Positions 24,698 to 36,329 of a DNA stretch of 50,069 nt are shown piece by piece. Every line of letters begins with the position of its first letter. The stretch's first letter is position 1. The DNA comes from an uncultured Anaerolineales bacterium (GTDB lineage Bacteria; Chloroflexota; Anaerolineae; Epilineales; Epilineaceae), in NCBI GenBank assembly GCA_964415605.1, contig CAYQBA010000006.1:1-50069 (forward strand), given 5' to 3'. The translations under genes were made by a program, and so were the position numbers. The notes under the pieces are model-generated. The model searched no databases. It had not been told where the DNA came from and worked only from the letters and a program-made list of their open reading frames with translations.

Positions 24698-27307
24698 CTA
24701 CCGCACCTCCGCGCCCAGCTCGCGCGCGAGCGCCTTGACGATCCGCTCCCGGGCCCCGTCGGCCACCTTGCCCTCGAGCGTCTTGTCCGCGGCCTGCAGC
24801 GCGAGCGACCAGGCCAGGCTCTTCTTGCCGGCGCCGACCTGCGGGCCCCCGTACACGTCGAACAGCCACACGTCGGCCACGAGCGCCCCGCCGACACGCC
24901 GGATCACGGCCTCGACCGCGGTAGCCGGCGTCGCCTCATCGACCACGACCGCCAGGTCGCGCAGCACCGCCGGATAGGGCGAGAACGGCCGGAACGGCCG
25001 CACCTGGCCCGCCGCCCGCTCGAGGGCGTCGAGATCGAGGTCCGCCACCGCCACCGCCGCGTCGCCCAGGCCCCACTGCTGGCGAACCGTGGGGTGCAGC
25101 TCGCCCACGTGCCCGAGCAGCGCGCCGCCCGCCCGTGCCTCGGCCGTGCGCCCCGGGTGGAGCGAGGGATGGGCTCCGGGCGCCCAGGCCGCCTCGATCT
25201 CGAGCGCGGCCAGCACCCGCTCGACGGCGCCCTTGGCGTCGTAGAAGTCAAGCCCCCGCCCGCCGGCCGCCCGCCAGCCGCGGTCCTCCGTCGCCCCCGT
25301 CATGACCAGGCCCAGCCGGCGCGGCTCGTCCGGCAGCCCCTCGCCCGGCCGCGGATGGAACACCCGTCCGAGCTCGAACAACGCGATCCGATCGCGGTAC
25401 CGGAGGTTGCTCGCCGCCGCTTCCAGCAGCCCCGTCAGGATCGACCGCCGCAGTGCCGCGCGCTCGGGGCTGATGGGGTTGAGCAGCGTGATGTAGGGTC
25501 CGGTCGCCGCGCTGACGGCGGCGTCAGTGGGCGTCACGGGAGCGGAGGCGGAACCGGAATCAGCGTCCGGCACCGCCGCGCCGTCGCCCGCCGCACCTGC
25601 AGCCGCTTCCGCCAAGGCCGCCGCGCTCGCCCCCGGCACCAGCCGCGCCTCGACCCGCGGCGCGACCAGCCGATAGCTGATGGCTTCCTGCAGCCCCGCG
25701 GCCACCAGCGCGTCGCGCGCCGCCTCCTCGACATCCCAGCCCCGGTTGTCGCGCTGCGGCGGCAGCGGATCCGCCATCCGCGTGCCGGGCAGCCGGTCGT
25801 AGCCGTACACCCGCGCGATCTCCTCGACCAGGTCCACCGGCAGCGCCACGTCCATCCGGTGCGGCGGGACCTCGGCCTCGACCGCGACGACGGCGCCCGT
25901 CGCGCCGTCGACGTGACGCGTCAACCCGAACCCGAGCCGCTCGAGGATGCCCAGCGCCGCGTCGAGCGGGATGTCGACGCCGAGCGTGCGCGGGATGTCG
26001 CGCATCGCCAGCGTCACCAGCACCGGCGCCGGCGGCCGCGGGTAGGCGTCCACCACCCCGCCGGCGACCCGGCCAGCCGCCAGCTCGCGCAGCAGGTCCG
26101 CCGCACGCACCGACCCCGGCTCGACCAGCGCGGGGTGCACCCCCCGCCCGAACCGCGCCGCGCTCTCGCTGGCGAGCTTCAGCATCCGGCTGGTGCGCCG
26201 GACGTTGATGAAGTCGAACGCCGCCGCCTCCAGGAGGACGTTCCGCGTGCCGGCATCGACCTCGGTGTCCGCCCCGCCCATCACCCCGGCGATCGCCACC
26301 GGCCCCGCCGCATCGGCGATGAGGAGCGTGTCGCCGTCGAGATCGCGCACGACGCCGTCGAGCGTCGTCATGCGCTCGCCCGGCGCCGCGCGCCGCACGA
26401 CGATGCGCGGCACGGCGCCGCCGGCGCGCGCGACCAGCTTGTCGAGGTCGAACGCGTGCAGCGGCTCGCCCCATTCCAGCATCACGTAGTTGGTGACGTC
26501 GACGATGTTGTTGATCGGCCGCATCCCCGCCAGCGTCAGCCGCCGCTGCATCCACGCCGGTGACGGCCCGAGGCGCACGTCGCGCACGATCCGGGCCGAG
26601 TAGCGCGGGCAAAGGTCGGGCGCCTCGATCACCACGGCGCAGTGGTCGCCGGCATCCCCGTCCGCCGGTGCGGCGATCGCCGGCTCCGGCACGCGCAGCG
26701 GCCGATCGAGGATCGCCGCCGTCTCGCGCGCCAGGCCGACGACGTTCATCGCCCGCGCCATGTTGGCCGTGATGGCGACCTCGAACACGACGTCGCCGAG
26801 CACGTCGACCAGCGGCCGGCCGACCGGGGCATCGTCGGCGAGGATCAGGATCCCCTCGTGGTCCTCCGACAGCCCGATCTCCTTGGCCGAGCACACCATG
26901 GCGTCGCTCATCACGCCGCGCACCGGCCGGCCCTTCAGGACCATTTTCTGCCAGCCGTCGGCGTGGCCGTCGAACAGCTCGGCGCCTTCGCGCGCGAAAA
27001 CCACCTTCAGCGGGCGGTCCAGCGTTCCCGCCTCGCGCAACGGCAGGAGGTTCGGCGCGCCGGTCACCACGCGGTGCGGAGCGCCCCCGCCGTGGTCGAC
27101 GTCGGCCAGCACCAACCGGTCGGCGTTGGGGTGCGGGTGGACGGCGACGACGGCGCCGACCAGCAGTCGCTCGCGGTCCCACCAGTCGCCGATCCGCTCG
27201 ATGCCCTCGACCTCGAGGCCGGCCTGCGTCCACCGCTCGGCCAGCGTCTCGACGCTCACGCCGTCGAGGTCGACGTACGTCTTCAACCAGCTCAGCACGA
27301 TGCGCAT
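24698..27307 (-). CDS. pheT: phenylalanine--tRNA ligase beta subunit
   Basis: Track ORF of 869 aa. MRIVLSWLKTYVDLDG.. N-terminus, B3/4 and B5 regions and C-terminal FDX-ACB block. GGGAGGG SD precedes the ATG at 27307. Confidence 0.97.
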   Translation of the reverse strand: MRIVLSWLKTYVDLDGVSVETLAERWTQAGLEVEGIERIGDWWDRERLLVGAVVAVHPHPNADRLVLADVDHGGGAPHRVVTGAPNLLPLREAGTLDRPLKVVFAREGAELFDGHADGWQKMVLKGRPVRGVMSDAMVCSAKEIGLSEDHEGILILADDAPVGRPLVDVLGDVVFEVAITANMARAMNVVGLARETAAILDRPLRVPEPAIAAPADGDAGDHCAVVIEAPDLCPRYSARIVRDVRLGPSPAWMQRRLTLAGMRPINNIVDVTNYVMLEWGEPLHAFDLDKLVARAGGAVPRIVVRRAAPGERMTTLDGVVRDLDGDTLLIADAAGPVAIAGVMGGADTEVDAGTRNVLLEAAAFDFINVRRTSRMLKLASESAARFGRGVHPALVEPGSVRAADLLRELAAGRVAGGVVDAYPRPPAPVLVTLAMRDIPRTLGVDIPLDAALGILERLGFGLTRHVDGATGAVVAVEAEVPPHRMDVALPVDLVEEIARVYGYDRLPGTRMADPLPPQRDNRGWDVEEAARDALVAAGLQEAISYRLVAPRVEARLVPGASAAALAEAAAGAAGDGAAVPDADSGSASAPVTPTDAAVSAATGPYITLLNPISPERAALRRSILTGLLEAAASNLRYRDRIALFELGRVFHPRPGEGLPDEPRRLGLVMTGATEDRGWRAAGGRGLDFYDAKGAVERVLAALEIEAAWAPGAHPSLHPGRTAEARAGGALLGHVGELHPTVRQQWGLGDAAVAVADLDLDALERAAGQVRPFRPFSPYPAVLRDLAVVVDEATPATAVEAVIRRVGGALVADVWLFDVYGGPQVGAGKKSLAWSLALQAADKTLEGKVADGARERIVKALARELGAEVR

Positions 27308-27319
27308 GTCAGCCCTCCC

Positions 27320-28348
27320 TCACCGCAACTGTTCCAGGAACCGCAGGTCGTTGGCCCAGAAATGGCGGATGTCGTCGATGCCGTAGCGCAGGAGCGCCAC
27401 CCGCTCGACGCCGCCCCCGAACGCGAAGCCGGTGAAGCGATCCGGGTCGTAGCCCCCGTTCGCGAGCACCGTCGGGTGCACCATTCCGCAGCCCATGATC
27501 TCCAGCCAGCCGCCGCCTTTGCAGATCGCGCAGCCGCGGCCGTCGCACAGCATGCAGCTCACGTCGACCTCCGCGGAAGGCTCGGTGAACGGGAAGTAGC
27601 TCGCCCGGAAGCGCACCGCCCGGTCCGGCCCGTACAGCCGCCGCACGAAGCCCTCGACTGTGCCCTTGAGGTCCGCCATCGTGATGCCCTCGCCGATGGC
27701 CAGGCCCTCGACCTGGGTGAACTGGATCTCGCTGCGCGCGGTGATCTTCTCGTTGCGGTAGACCACGCCCGGCAGGATGATGCGCAGCGGATCCGGCGCG
27801 TGCTCGCGCATGGCGTGGATCTGCCCCGGCGACGTGTGCGTGCGCAGCACGACGTCGTCGGTGACGTAGAACGTGTCCTGCATGTCGCGCGCCGGATGAT
27901 GCGGCGGGGTGTTGAGCAGCGTGAAGTTGAGGTCGTCGGTCTCGACCTCGCGGCTCTGGTAGATCTGGAACCCCATGTCGGCGAAGATCTGGCAGATCCG
28001 CCGCAGCGCGCGCGTGATCGGGTGCAGCCCCCCGCGCGGCGGGAGCGTGCCCGGCAGCGTCACGTCGATGCGGTCGCCGGCCAGCTCCGCGGCCAGCGCG
28101 CGGGCATCCACCGCCGCCCGCCGCGCCGCGTAGGCCGCCTCGAGGGTCTGCCGCGCCGCGTTGACGGCCGCGCCGAAGGCCGGCCGCTCCTCCGGCGGCA
28201 CGGCCCTGACCTGCCCGAGGAGACCCATGACCGGGCTCGCGCGCCCCAGCGCCTGCGCGCGCCAGGCCTCGAGCGCCGCGGCGTCCTCGGCCGCCTCCAA
28301 CGCCGCCAACGCCGCGTCGCGCTGGCGATTCACCTCCTCGATGCGCAT
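27320..28348 (-). CDS. pheS: phenylalanine--tRNA ligase alpha subunit
   Basis: ATG at 28348 follows AAGGAG. HPITRALRRI, FTLLNTPPHHPARDMQDTFY, and class II motifs (GVVYRNE.., GFAFGGGVERVALL). Confidence 0.97.
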   Translation of the reverse strand: MRIEEVNRQRDAALAALEAAEDAAALEAWRAQALGRASPVMGLLGQVRAVPPEERPAFGAAVNAARQTLEAAYAARRAAVDARALAAELAGDRIDVTLPGTLPPRGGLHPITRALRRICQIFADMGFQIYQSREVETDDLNFTLLNTPPHHPARDMQDTFYVTDDVVLRTHTSPGQIHAMREHAPDPLRIILPGVVYRNEKITARSEIQFTQVEGLAIGEGITMADLKGTVEGFVRRLYGPDRAVRFRASYFPFTEPSAEVDVSCMLCDGRGCAICKGGGWLEIMGCGMVHPTVLANGGYDPDRFTGFAFGGGVERVALLRYGIDDIRHFWANDLRFLEQLR

Positions 28349-28710
28349 GTCCGATCTCCTTCGTGGCCAGCCCGGCAGACCGCCGCCGGGAACGAAAAAC
28401 GCCCGCCCCCCAAGGGACGAGCGTGCAGCCCGCGGTACCACCCTTGTTGATCGCCGGCGCATGGCGCGCCAGCCGATCCCCTCGTCGCCGACGGCGCCCG
28501 CCCCCCGAAGGGACGCGAACGGCGCGATCGGCTGCCCGGATCACGGCGGGCGCCCGGGGCGAACTACTCGGCGCGGCGCGCCTTTCCCCCGCCCGGCTCG
28601 GGAGTGAACTTCGGCCGGTGGCGTCTGAGGGGGACTTGCAGTCGCGATCCCCCCTCCCTGGCAGCGCCCGCCGGCTTACTCTCTCCGTCTCAGCCTTTGG
28701 ATCGGTTGTG
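28349..28710 (-). promoter_or_regulatory. T-box leader (Phe specifier) controlling pheST
   Basis: Read on the minus strand. Stem I region has GAGACGGAGAGAGUAAGCC. Specifier context is GAAG-UUC-A (UUC is the complement of 28606-28608). T-box sequence CAACAAGGGUGGUACCGCG lies at 28431-28449, followed by an intrinsic terminator. Confidence 0.85.
28395..28423 (-). terminator. T-box terminator hairpin with U5 tract
   Basis: Minus-strand RNA is CGCUCGUCCC-UUGG-GGGGCGGGCG-UUUUU: a 10-bp stem including two G-U pairs. Confidence 0.8.
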
Positions 28711-28933
28711 GGCCGCCGCACCCGTTCTCTGGCGCCGCGGCGACCGCCGACACTCTAGCGCATCGGGCGGTCTGGCGTCAAGCGCGGACGGGGCAATCCC
28801 GTCAGACCGGCCCACGGGCGACGTGTCTGGCCAACGAACCCGCCGCACGATCAACCGCGTCGTCGCGGGGAGCGCCGGCTCCCAGTCGGCAAGCGACCGC
28901 GCGCGGACCGCCGGCCATGGCCACGACCATGCC

Positions 28934-29854
28934 TCAGCGCGTGCCCGTCGCCCTTGCCTGCCTGCGCGCCGCGCGCGCCGACCGCGCCCACGTCGTGCCG
29001 GCGGCCAGGGCGACCATGATCGCCAGCCCCGCGCCGACCGTGGCGGCGCGGTGGCCAAAAACGTTGGGGGCCGACGTGATGTACCGGAAGCCCGGCGGCG
29101 TGAAGGCCAGATGGTGCGCCAATGGTGCCACGAGGCAGACCCACGCCAGGCCGGCGACGACGATCGCCCCCGCGCGCGGCCAAGGGCGCCGCCCAGGCAG
29201 CACGGTGAGAAGCCACAGCCACGCCATCCCCGCCACCAGGCCGGCGGCGGCGATCAACGACGGCGGCGGCGTGTCGCGGATGCCGAGGCCGGGCAGCTCG
29301 AGCGCGCGCCACGTCAGCGCGGGCAGTGCGACGCCGATGCCGTCGAGGCCGGTCCAGGCCAGCGTCGCCGGGTCGTCCGCCGCGAGCCGCGCGGGGGCCA
29401 GGGCCAGCGCAAGCCCGGCCAGCGCCGCCATGGCGACGGCCAGCGCGAGGCCGGGTGGGAGCGTCGGGTGGTTCTGGGTCAGCGTGATCGCGGGGACGCC
29501 GACGGCCAGCCACGGCGCCGCGCACAGCCAGACGCGCCGCCCGTCCGGAAGCCCGAGCGCCCGGCCGTGCCGCCGAGCCACGGCGCCGGCGAGCCACGCG
29601 AGCGCCGAGTGGGCCGCCAGCACCGCGCCGGCGGCGACCAGGCCGGTCATCCAGTACCGGCTGCGCGTGATCGGGTCGAACGGGGTCGCCGCCGGCTCGC
29701 CGGGCCGATCGCGGTGGTTGTACAGGAACACGGCATACCGATCGGCGACGGCGAACCAATGGTAGACCAGGCCGAGCATCATGGCCGCGATCACCGACCC
29801 GTGGACGGCCGCCGTGCGCCACGCTCCGCGGGGGACCGCGGCGCCAGAGGTCAT
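28934..29854 (-). CDS. polytopic membrane protein, function unknown
   Basis: C-terminal 306 codons of track ORF 28934..31249. ATG at 29854 makes an ATGA overlap with the methyltransferase stop. Multiple hydrophobic helices. Confidence 0.7.
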   Translation of the reverse strand: MTSGAAVPRGAWRTAAVHGSVIAAMMLGLVYHWFAVADRYAVFLYNHRDRPGEPAATPFDPITRSRYWMTGLVAAGAVLAAHSALAWLAGAVARRHGRALGLPDGRRVWLCAAPWLAVGVPAITLTQNHPTLPPGLALAVAMAALAGLALALAPARLAADDPATLAWTGLDGIGVALPALTWRALELPGLGIRDTPPPSLIAAAGLVAGMAWLWLLTVLPGRRPWPRAGAIVVAGLAWVCLVAPLAHHLAFTPPGFRYITSAPNVFGHRAATVGAGLAIMVALAAGTTWARSARAARRQARATGTR

Positions 29855-30687
29855 CCCCGCTTCTCTGCCACCAGCCAGTGCGACAACCCGAGCTGCCGCA
29901 GGGGCGTGCGCTCGAGCGCGTATGTCACCCGGCGCGCAACCGCCCCGAGCAGGGGACGGCGCGCCGCCAGCTTGTCGTAGCCCGGGAAGACCTGCGTGTG
30001 CATCACGACGTCGACCGGCAGCCCGTCGAACAAGTGCCGCAGGCCGGCGGCCGTGTAGACCCGGACGTGCGGCGCCAACCGGTCGCGGAAGGGGTCCGGC
30101 AGGTAGTTGACCCCGGGCACGTTCCCAAACCGATAGCGCCCGCGCCAGTACACCCCGTGCGTCTCCCACGGCCAGCCGCGGTTCGGGACGAACACGAGCA
30201 CCCGCCCGCCCGGCCGCAGCACGCGCACCGCCTCGCCGACCGTGCGCCGGTCGTCGCGCACGTGCTCGAGCACCTCGTGGAGGAGCACGCCGTCGACGCG
30301 GCCGTCCGCGAACGGCAGGCCCTCCCCGACCGCCGCCACCACGTCCAGCCCCCGCGCCCGCGCCGCGACGGCGCGCGGCCAGTCGACCTCCAGGCCGACG
30401 GCCCGCGCGCCCGCGGCGGCCAGGTGCGCCGTGTACATCCCCACCCCACAGCCGAGGTCGAGCACGCGCGCTCCGGGCAGCGGCACAGCGGCCGCGATCA
30501 GCGCGAAGCGGCGGTCCTGTCCCTCCCGCCAGACGTAGCTGGCCAGGCCACGGCTGGCGGCCTCGGGCGCCGGAGCGGCTATCGGGTTGGCGCCCGTCGG
30601 GGCCGGGACGAGCGTCGAGGCGCGGAGGCCGGGCCCGATCCCGGCCGCGGGCGAATCGGGCGGAGATGGCGGCATCACGGGGGGCAT
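29851..30687 (-). CDS. class I SAM-dependent methyltransferase
   Basis: RVLDLGCGVGMY (motif I), VDGVLLHEVLEHV and LRPGGRVLVFVPN. Alternative start at 30675. Confidence 0.85.
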   Translation of the reverse strand: MPPVMPPSPPDSPAAGIGPGLRASTLVPAPTGANPIAAPAPEAASRGLASYVWREGQDRRFALIAAAVPLPGARVLDLGCGVGMYTAHLAAAGARAVGLEVDWPRAVAARARGLDVVAAVGEGLPFADGRVDGVLLHEVLEHVRDDRRTVGEAVRVLRPGGRVLVFVPNRGWPWETHGVYWRGRYRFGNVPGVNYLPDPFRDRLAPHVRVYTAAGLRHLFDGLPVDVVMHTQVFPGYDKLAARRPLLGAVARRVTYALERTPLRQLGLSHWLVAEKRG

Positions 30688-30773
30688 GGCAGGGTCCTTG
30701 GCGACGGGTGCTTGCGATCGGGCGGCGTGGTGTTAGTATATGCACCCGGGCCGGACGCACGGCCCCACGCCGC

Positions 30774-31676
30774 ATGAGCCAACCCCCATCCCCCCGCTCC
30801 AGTCCGCCGACCCGGTCGCCGCCGCCCCCGGTCCCACCCCACCGCGCGCCGCCCCCTCCGGTGCTGCGGCGCATCCACTGGCTGTGGCGGCTCGCCTTCA
30901 TCGGGTTGGTCTGGGCCGCCGGCGTGCTGGCCGTGGCCAAGTGGTCCGGCCGGCTCTCGATCCTCCCCGGCGACGCGGCCATGGCCCCCGCCCCCCGCCC
31001 GTCCCAATCGGCGCCGCCCGCCCCCGGCGACCCGCCGCCGCCCGCCACCAGCCCAGCGCACGGCGAGGCCGCCACCTTCACCCCCGCGCCGACCGCCAGC
31101 ACGGCGATCGCCGAGCCGTCCCCACCGCCGCCAACCGGCCGCGTCGGGCTGCTCGTCGGCCACTGGCGGTACGACAGCGGCACCGTCTGCGCCGACGGCT
31201 TGCGCGAGGTCGACGTCACCAGCGACGTGGCGCTGCGCACGCGCGCCATCCTCGAGACGCGCGGGCTGGACGTCGACCTGTTGCCCGAGCACGACCCCGC
31301 CGTTCCCCAGCCGCCGACCCAGGGCTACCGCGCCGCGGCGCTGGTCGCCATCCACGCCGACACGTGCGAGTGGCCGGGCCTCAGCGGGTTCAAGGTCGCC
31401 CGCTGGCGCTACAGCGAGATGCAGGCCACCGACGACCGGCTGGTCGCGTGCCTCGAGGACGCCTACGCCGCGGCCACCGGCCTGCCGCGCAGCGACGACA
31501 CGATCTCGGTCAACATGTGGAACTACTACGCCTTCCGCGAGGTGGGCGCCGACACGCCGGCGGCGATCATCGAGCTCGCCTTCATGCTCGGCGATCGCGC
31601 GTTCGTCGACGCGCACCGCTACGAGATGGCGCTGGGCGTCGCCGATGGGATCACGTGCTTTCTCGACGGCCCGTAG
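30774..31676 (+). CDS. N-acetylmuramoyl-L-alanine amidase (Amidase_3 type) with Pro-rich membrane-anchored N-terminus
   Basis: ATG at 30774. TM helix WLWRLAFIGLVWAAGVLAVA and a Pro-rich linker. Amidase_3-like blocks: GLLVGHW, ALVAIHAD, AAIIELAFM. Confidence 0.85.
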   Translation: MSQPPSPRSSPPTRSPPPPVPPHRAPPPPVLRRIHWLWRLAFIGLVWAAGVLAVAKWSGRLSILPGDAAMAPAPRPSQSAPPAPGDPPPPATSPAHGEAATFTPAPTASTAIAEPSPPPPTGRVGLLVGHWRYDSGTVCADGLREVDVTSDVALRTRAILETRGLDVDLLPEHDPAVPQPPTQGYRAAALVAIHADTCEWPGLSGFKVARWRYSEMQATDDRLVACLEDAYAAATGLPRSDDTISVNMWNYYAFREVGADTPAAIIELAFMLGDRAFVDAHRYEMALGVADGITCFLDGP

Positions 31677-31719
31677 GGCGTCGCGGCGCACGCCACGCGC
31701 CACGGCGGGCGCGCGGGCG

Positions 31720-33018
<1,299 letters not shown>

Positions 33019-33148
33019 GCTTCCCCCGTCGTCGCGTCGCTTCAGCGCGATGTGTGATGCGTGGGCACCATCGCCCGACCGGCCCACGCCGTCGAATCTC
33101 AGCAATCCACGTGCCAGCCCCGGCGGCCGGGGCCATGGCGCGCGGCGA

Positions 33149-34513
33149 TCACCCCGCGGCCTCGGCGGCCGCCTCGTTCGCCGGGGCCGGTGCGGGTTCG
33201 GCCCCACCGCCCGCGGCCGCCGCCTCGGCCTCGCCCGACACGATCGCCACGAGCCGCCCGAGCGCGCGCCCGGAGAACATCCGGGCCCCGAGCTCGCGCC
33301 GCAGCGAGTCGCGGTCGACCTTGCCGCGCCGGCGTGGGCTTCCGCTCAGGAACAAGGCGCTGAACCGGTCCACCTCGTCCTCGACCTCGTCCGTTCCGAC
33401 GTCGATCCCCTCCGCCTCGGCGAAGGCGCGCAGGACCAGCGTCCGGCGGAGCCGCGCCTCGGCTTGCCGCTCGAGGTCCGCCCACAGGCTGTCCTCGTCC
33501 TTGGTCTGCATCGCCAGCCAGCGCTCCCACGTGAAGCCCTGCTGTTCCACCCGCTCGCGCAGGTCCGACGCCAGCTCGCGGGCCTCGTGGGCCAGCATCT
33601 GCGGCGGGTAGCGCACGTGCGCCTGCGCGACCAGGGCGTCGACCGCCCGCGAGACCTGCTCGTCGCGGGCGTCGAGGGCGGCGCGGCTCGCCATCTGCGA
33701 CCGCAACCGCTCGCGCAGCGCCGCCAGGTCGGGCACGCCCATCCGCGCCGCGAAGGCATCGTCGAGCGGCGGCGCCACGCGCGACCGGACGGCGATGATG
33801 GACGCGTCGAACGATACGGTCCGGCCCTGGAGCGCGGCGTCGGGCCACACTTCCGAGTACGTGATCTCGAAGCTCGACGAACCCCCCGCCTCACTGCCGA
33901 TGAGGTGTTCCGGCAGCGCCGCGGGCAGCCCGGCTTCGACGGCCGCCTCGCCCGTCAACGCGAGGTCGAACGCGTCACGGGCCACGACCTCGGCATCGCC
34001 CAGGCGGCCGGTCAGCGTCAACTGCACCACGTCGCCGGCTTCCGCCGGGCGGTCGACCGGCAGCAGCTCGGCCAGCTCGGCGCGCCAGGCCTCGATCTGG
34101 GCGTCGACGGCGGCGTCGTCGACCGGCGGCGGCGCGTCGGCGGGCACCCGCAGGTCGCGGTAGGCGCCGAGGTCGACGTCGGCTTCGAGCGGGACCACCA
34201 CCCGCAGCGTCAGCGGGTCTTCGGACACGATCTCCATCGATACGGGCGCCGCCGGCGTCAGGGCCTCCCGCGTCAGCGCCTCGATCGGCTTGCGCTGGAT
34301 TAGCCGTTCGACGGCCTCGTCGTGCAGCGCGTCCTCGCCCACGATGGCCGCGAGGCGCGCGTACGGAACCTTGCCCGGGCGATAGCCCGGCACGCGCTGC
34401 TTGCGCGCCAGGTCCTGCGCCACGGCGCGCTTCGCCTCCTCGACCTCCTCGGGCGAGAAGACGAGGGTGAGCTGCACCTGGCAGGGTTCGATCGGCTCTG
34501 AGGTGATCTGCAA
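33149..34513 (-). CDS. tig: trigger factor
   Basis: TTG at 34513, 9 nt after AGGAG, giving (M)[24 protein letters not shown]...[15 protein letters not shown]. The track ORF extends 22 codons further upstream. Confidence 0.93.
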   Translation of the reverse strand: MQITSEPIEPCQVQLTLVFSPEEVEEAKRAVAQDLARKQRVPGYRPGKVPYARLAAIVGEDALHDEAVERLIQRKPIEALTREALTPAAPVSMEIVSEDPLTLRVVVPLEADVDLGAYRDLRVPADAPPPVDDAAVDAQIEAWRAELAELLPVDRPAEAGDVVQLTLTGRLGDAEVVARDAFDLALTGEAAVEAGLPAALPEHLIGSEAGGSSSFEITYSEVWPDAALQGRTVSFDASIIAVRSRVAPPLDDAFAARMGVPDLAALRERLRSQMASRAALDARDEQVSRAVDALVAQAHVRYPPQMLAHEARELASDLRERVEQQGFTWERWLAMQTKDEDSLWADLERQAEARLRRTLVLRAFAEAEGIDVGTDEVEDEVDRFSALFLSGSPRRRGKVDRDSLRRELGARMFSGRALGRLVAIVSGEAEAAAAGGGAEPAPAPANEAAAEAAG

Positions 34514-34540
34514 GGTCGAAGGCTCCTGATCTGACCACGA

Positions 34541-34622
34541 TGGGGAAGGGGAGACTCGAACTCCCACGGGTCGCCCCACATGCTCCTAAGGCATGCGCGT
34601 CTGCCGGTTCCGCCACTTCCCC
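34541..34622 (-). tRNA. tRNA-Leu (anticodon UAG)
   Basis: Hand-folded cloverleaf. Acceptor GGGGAAG/CTTCCCC, anticodon stem CATGC/GCATG with loop CT-TAG-GA, long variable arm TGGGGCGACCCGT, T arm GGGAG-TTCGAGT-CTCCC, discriminator A. CCA is not encoded. Confidence 0.95.
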
Positions 34623-34681
34623 CGGGCCGCCGCCCGCTCGGCGGCTTGGCCACGCGCGGCGGGAGACGGCGGCGATACCAC

Positions 34682-34687
34682 ATTATA
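34682..34687 (-). promoter_or_regulatory. candidate -10 box TATAAT upstream of tRNA-Leu
   Basis: A perfect TATAAT on the minus strand about 55 nt upstream of the tRNA 5' end. The -35 is weak (TTAGGC). Confidence 0.35.
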
Positions 34688-34708
34688 AGGCACGGCGCGC
34701 ACCGGCGC

Positions 34709-35002
34709 CTAACGCATCCCGGCCCCCATCACCGCCCATTCCTCCTCGGTCGGCAGGTGGTGCTCCGAGCACGCCGCGCGCAGGTGCGCGTCGCGGAAGC
34801 GGGCGATCTCCTCCCGGAGCTGCGCCGGGTCCAAGAGCGCCAGATCCGCGATGGCGCGCACCGCGATGCCGCACACCGGGCACGTGATGACGTCGGGCAG
34901 CGGCTGGCGCCAGTCCGGGTTGCGGCGCTGCCACGCGAGCATCGCCGGCAGCGCGCCTTCCTTCTCGGGATAGAACACGATCGCGACGCGATCCCTGACC
35001 AC
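34709..35002 (-). CDS. small hypothetical protein
   Basis: Track ORF of 97 aa with GC3-rich, protein-like composition ([23 protein letters not shown]). No family recognised. Confidence 0.5.
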   Translation of the reverse strand: MVRDRVAIVFYPEKEGALPAMLAWQRRNPDWRQPLPDVITCPVCGIAVRAIADLALLDPAQLREEIARFRDAHLRAACSEHHLPTEEEWAVMGAGMR

Positions 35003-35032
35003 CGATGCCTCCAGTCCGCCGCCGGGCGCCGG

Positions 35033-35548
35033 TTACTTGGGCGCTTCGACCAACAGCGTGAAGTCGATGCCTTCGTCGAGGTCGAACACCACCGTCGCGC
35101 TGCGCTTCTGGCCGACCGACGCGTGCCGCGCGCTCAACGCCTTGGTGTGGACGAAGACCAACGCGCCGTCGCGATCCTCGGGCTCGCCCCAACCCGCCGC
35201 CGGCCAGTGCTCGGCGAACCAGGCGGACAGGGCCTCGGCGTCGACGTCGGCGATCCGGTAGTCGGCACGGGCATCGGTGTCGTCGGTGGCGGCCGTGATC
35301 TCGATCAGCTCGGCGCCGGCGGGCACGACGATGCCCTCGATGCCCTCCGCCGGAACCACCGCCAGCGGGTCGATCGCGGTGGGCGTGGCGGTGCGCGGGA
35401 CGCGCGCGACGATCGTGGGCGGCGGCACCCGCGTGGCGTCCGCGGCGGGGCCGGGGTCGGACGGCGCCGACGGGGTGCCGCCGCAGCCGGCGGTCCCGCC
35501 GAGCAAGGCGACGCAGGCGGCGATGACGACGAGCGAACCGTTGCGCAT
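35033..35548 (-). CDS. putative lipoprotein
   Basis: ATG at 35548. MRNGSLVVIAACVALLGGTAGC contains a lipobox-like TAGC, followed by a Pro/Thr-rich linker. Confidence 0.65.
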   Translation of the reverse strand: MRNGSLVVIAACVALLGGTAGCGGTPSAPSDPGPAADATRVPPPTIVARVPRTATPTAIDPLAVVPAEGIEGIVVPAGAELIEITAATDDTDARADYRIADVDAEALSAWFAEHWPAAGWGEPEDRDGALVFVHTKALSARHASVGQKRSATVVFDLDEGIDFTLLVEAPK

Positions 35549-35822
35549 GATGGGTGGCAATCCTGAGTGTCGGGGTCACGCCATCGGCGGTGGGATGACG
35601 CGGTTCGGATGACAAGGCCGCCGGTGCGGGCATCAGTATACCAAACCGCGCCGGCGGCCGCGGAATCGCCGCGTGGCGTGCCCGGGCTCTAATGCGGTTC
35701 TAGCGGCCGGCTAGCGTGGCGCTAACGCGGGCCGAATATCATCCTCGCCAGAACATGAACGCCCGTGTGGGCGCCTCGACAGCACCGAGCGCCACCCATC
35801 CCATCGTTGAAGGAGACCCAGC

Positions 35823-36269
35823 ATGACCACCAAGATCCGCCTGTTCGACCCGATGCGCGATTTCGTCTCGCTGCGCGAGGCAATGGATCGCCTGGTCGAG
35901 GACAGCTTCGTGCGCACGCCGCGCGGCGCGAACGGCGCCAACGGCCAGTTCCGCCCGGCGGCCGACGCCTGGGAGTCCGAGGACGCGGTCGTGATCGAGC
36001 TGTCGCTGCCGGGCGCCAGCCCCGACGATGTCGAGATCACCTACGAGCAGGACACCCTCGTCATCGGCGGCAGCGTGCCGGTCCGCGACGACGCCCACAC
36101 CTACGTGCTCGCCGAGCGCGCCCGCGGCCCCTTCCAGCGGCGCTTCACGCTGAACACGTCGATCGACGTCGACAAGGCCGAGGCGTCGTTCCACAACGGC
36201 GTGCTGACGCTGCGCCTGCCGAAGAGCGAGGCCATCAAGCCGCGCAAGATCAACGTGCGCGTGAACTGA
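35823..36269 (+). CDS. Hsp20/alpha-crystallin family small heat-shock protein
   Basis: AAGGAG SD. Alpha-crystallin core: PAADAWESEDAVVIELSLPG..., ERARGPFQRRFTL, and ASFHNGVLTLRLPK. Confidence 0.95.
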   Translation: MTTKIRLFDPMRDFVSLREAMDRLVEDSFVRTPRGANGANGQFRPAADAWESEDAVVIELSLPGASPDDVEITYEQDTLVIGGSVPVRDDAHTYVLAERARGPFQRRFTLNTSIDVDKAEASFHNGVLTLRLPKSEAIKPRKINVRVN

Positions 36270-36293
36270 CCGACGCCGGTTGGCAAGACGAGC

Positions 36294-36321
36294 GGGGGAG
36301 GCGGCGTGCGCCGCCTCCCCC
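36294..36321. terminator. 12-bp GC hairpin between convergent hsp20 and response-regulator genes
   Basis: GGGGGAGGCGGC-GTGC-GCCGCCTCCCCC. Confidence 0.6.
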
Positions 36322-36329
36322 GCCGTCGT

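Noticed and set aside
35700-35724. Short palindromes CTAGC-GGCCG-GCTAG and TAGCG-TGG-CGCTA upstream of hsp20 as a heat-shock operator.
   Set aside because: They match neither CIRCE (TTAGCACTC-N9-GAGTGCTAA) nor HAIR (CTTGAGT-N7-ACTCAAG). The arms are only 5 bp.
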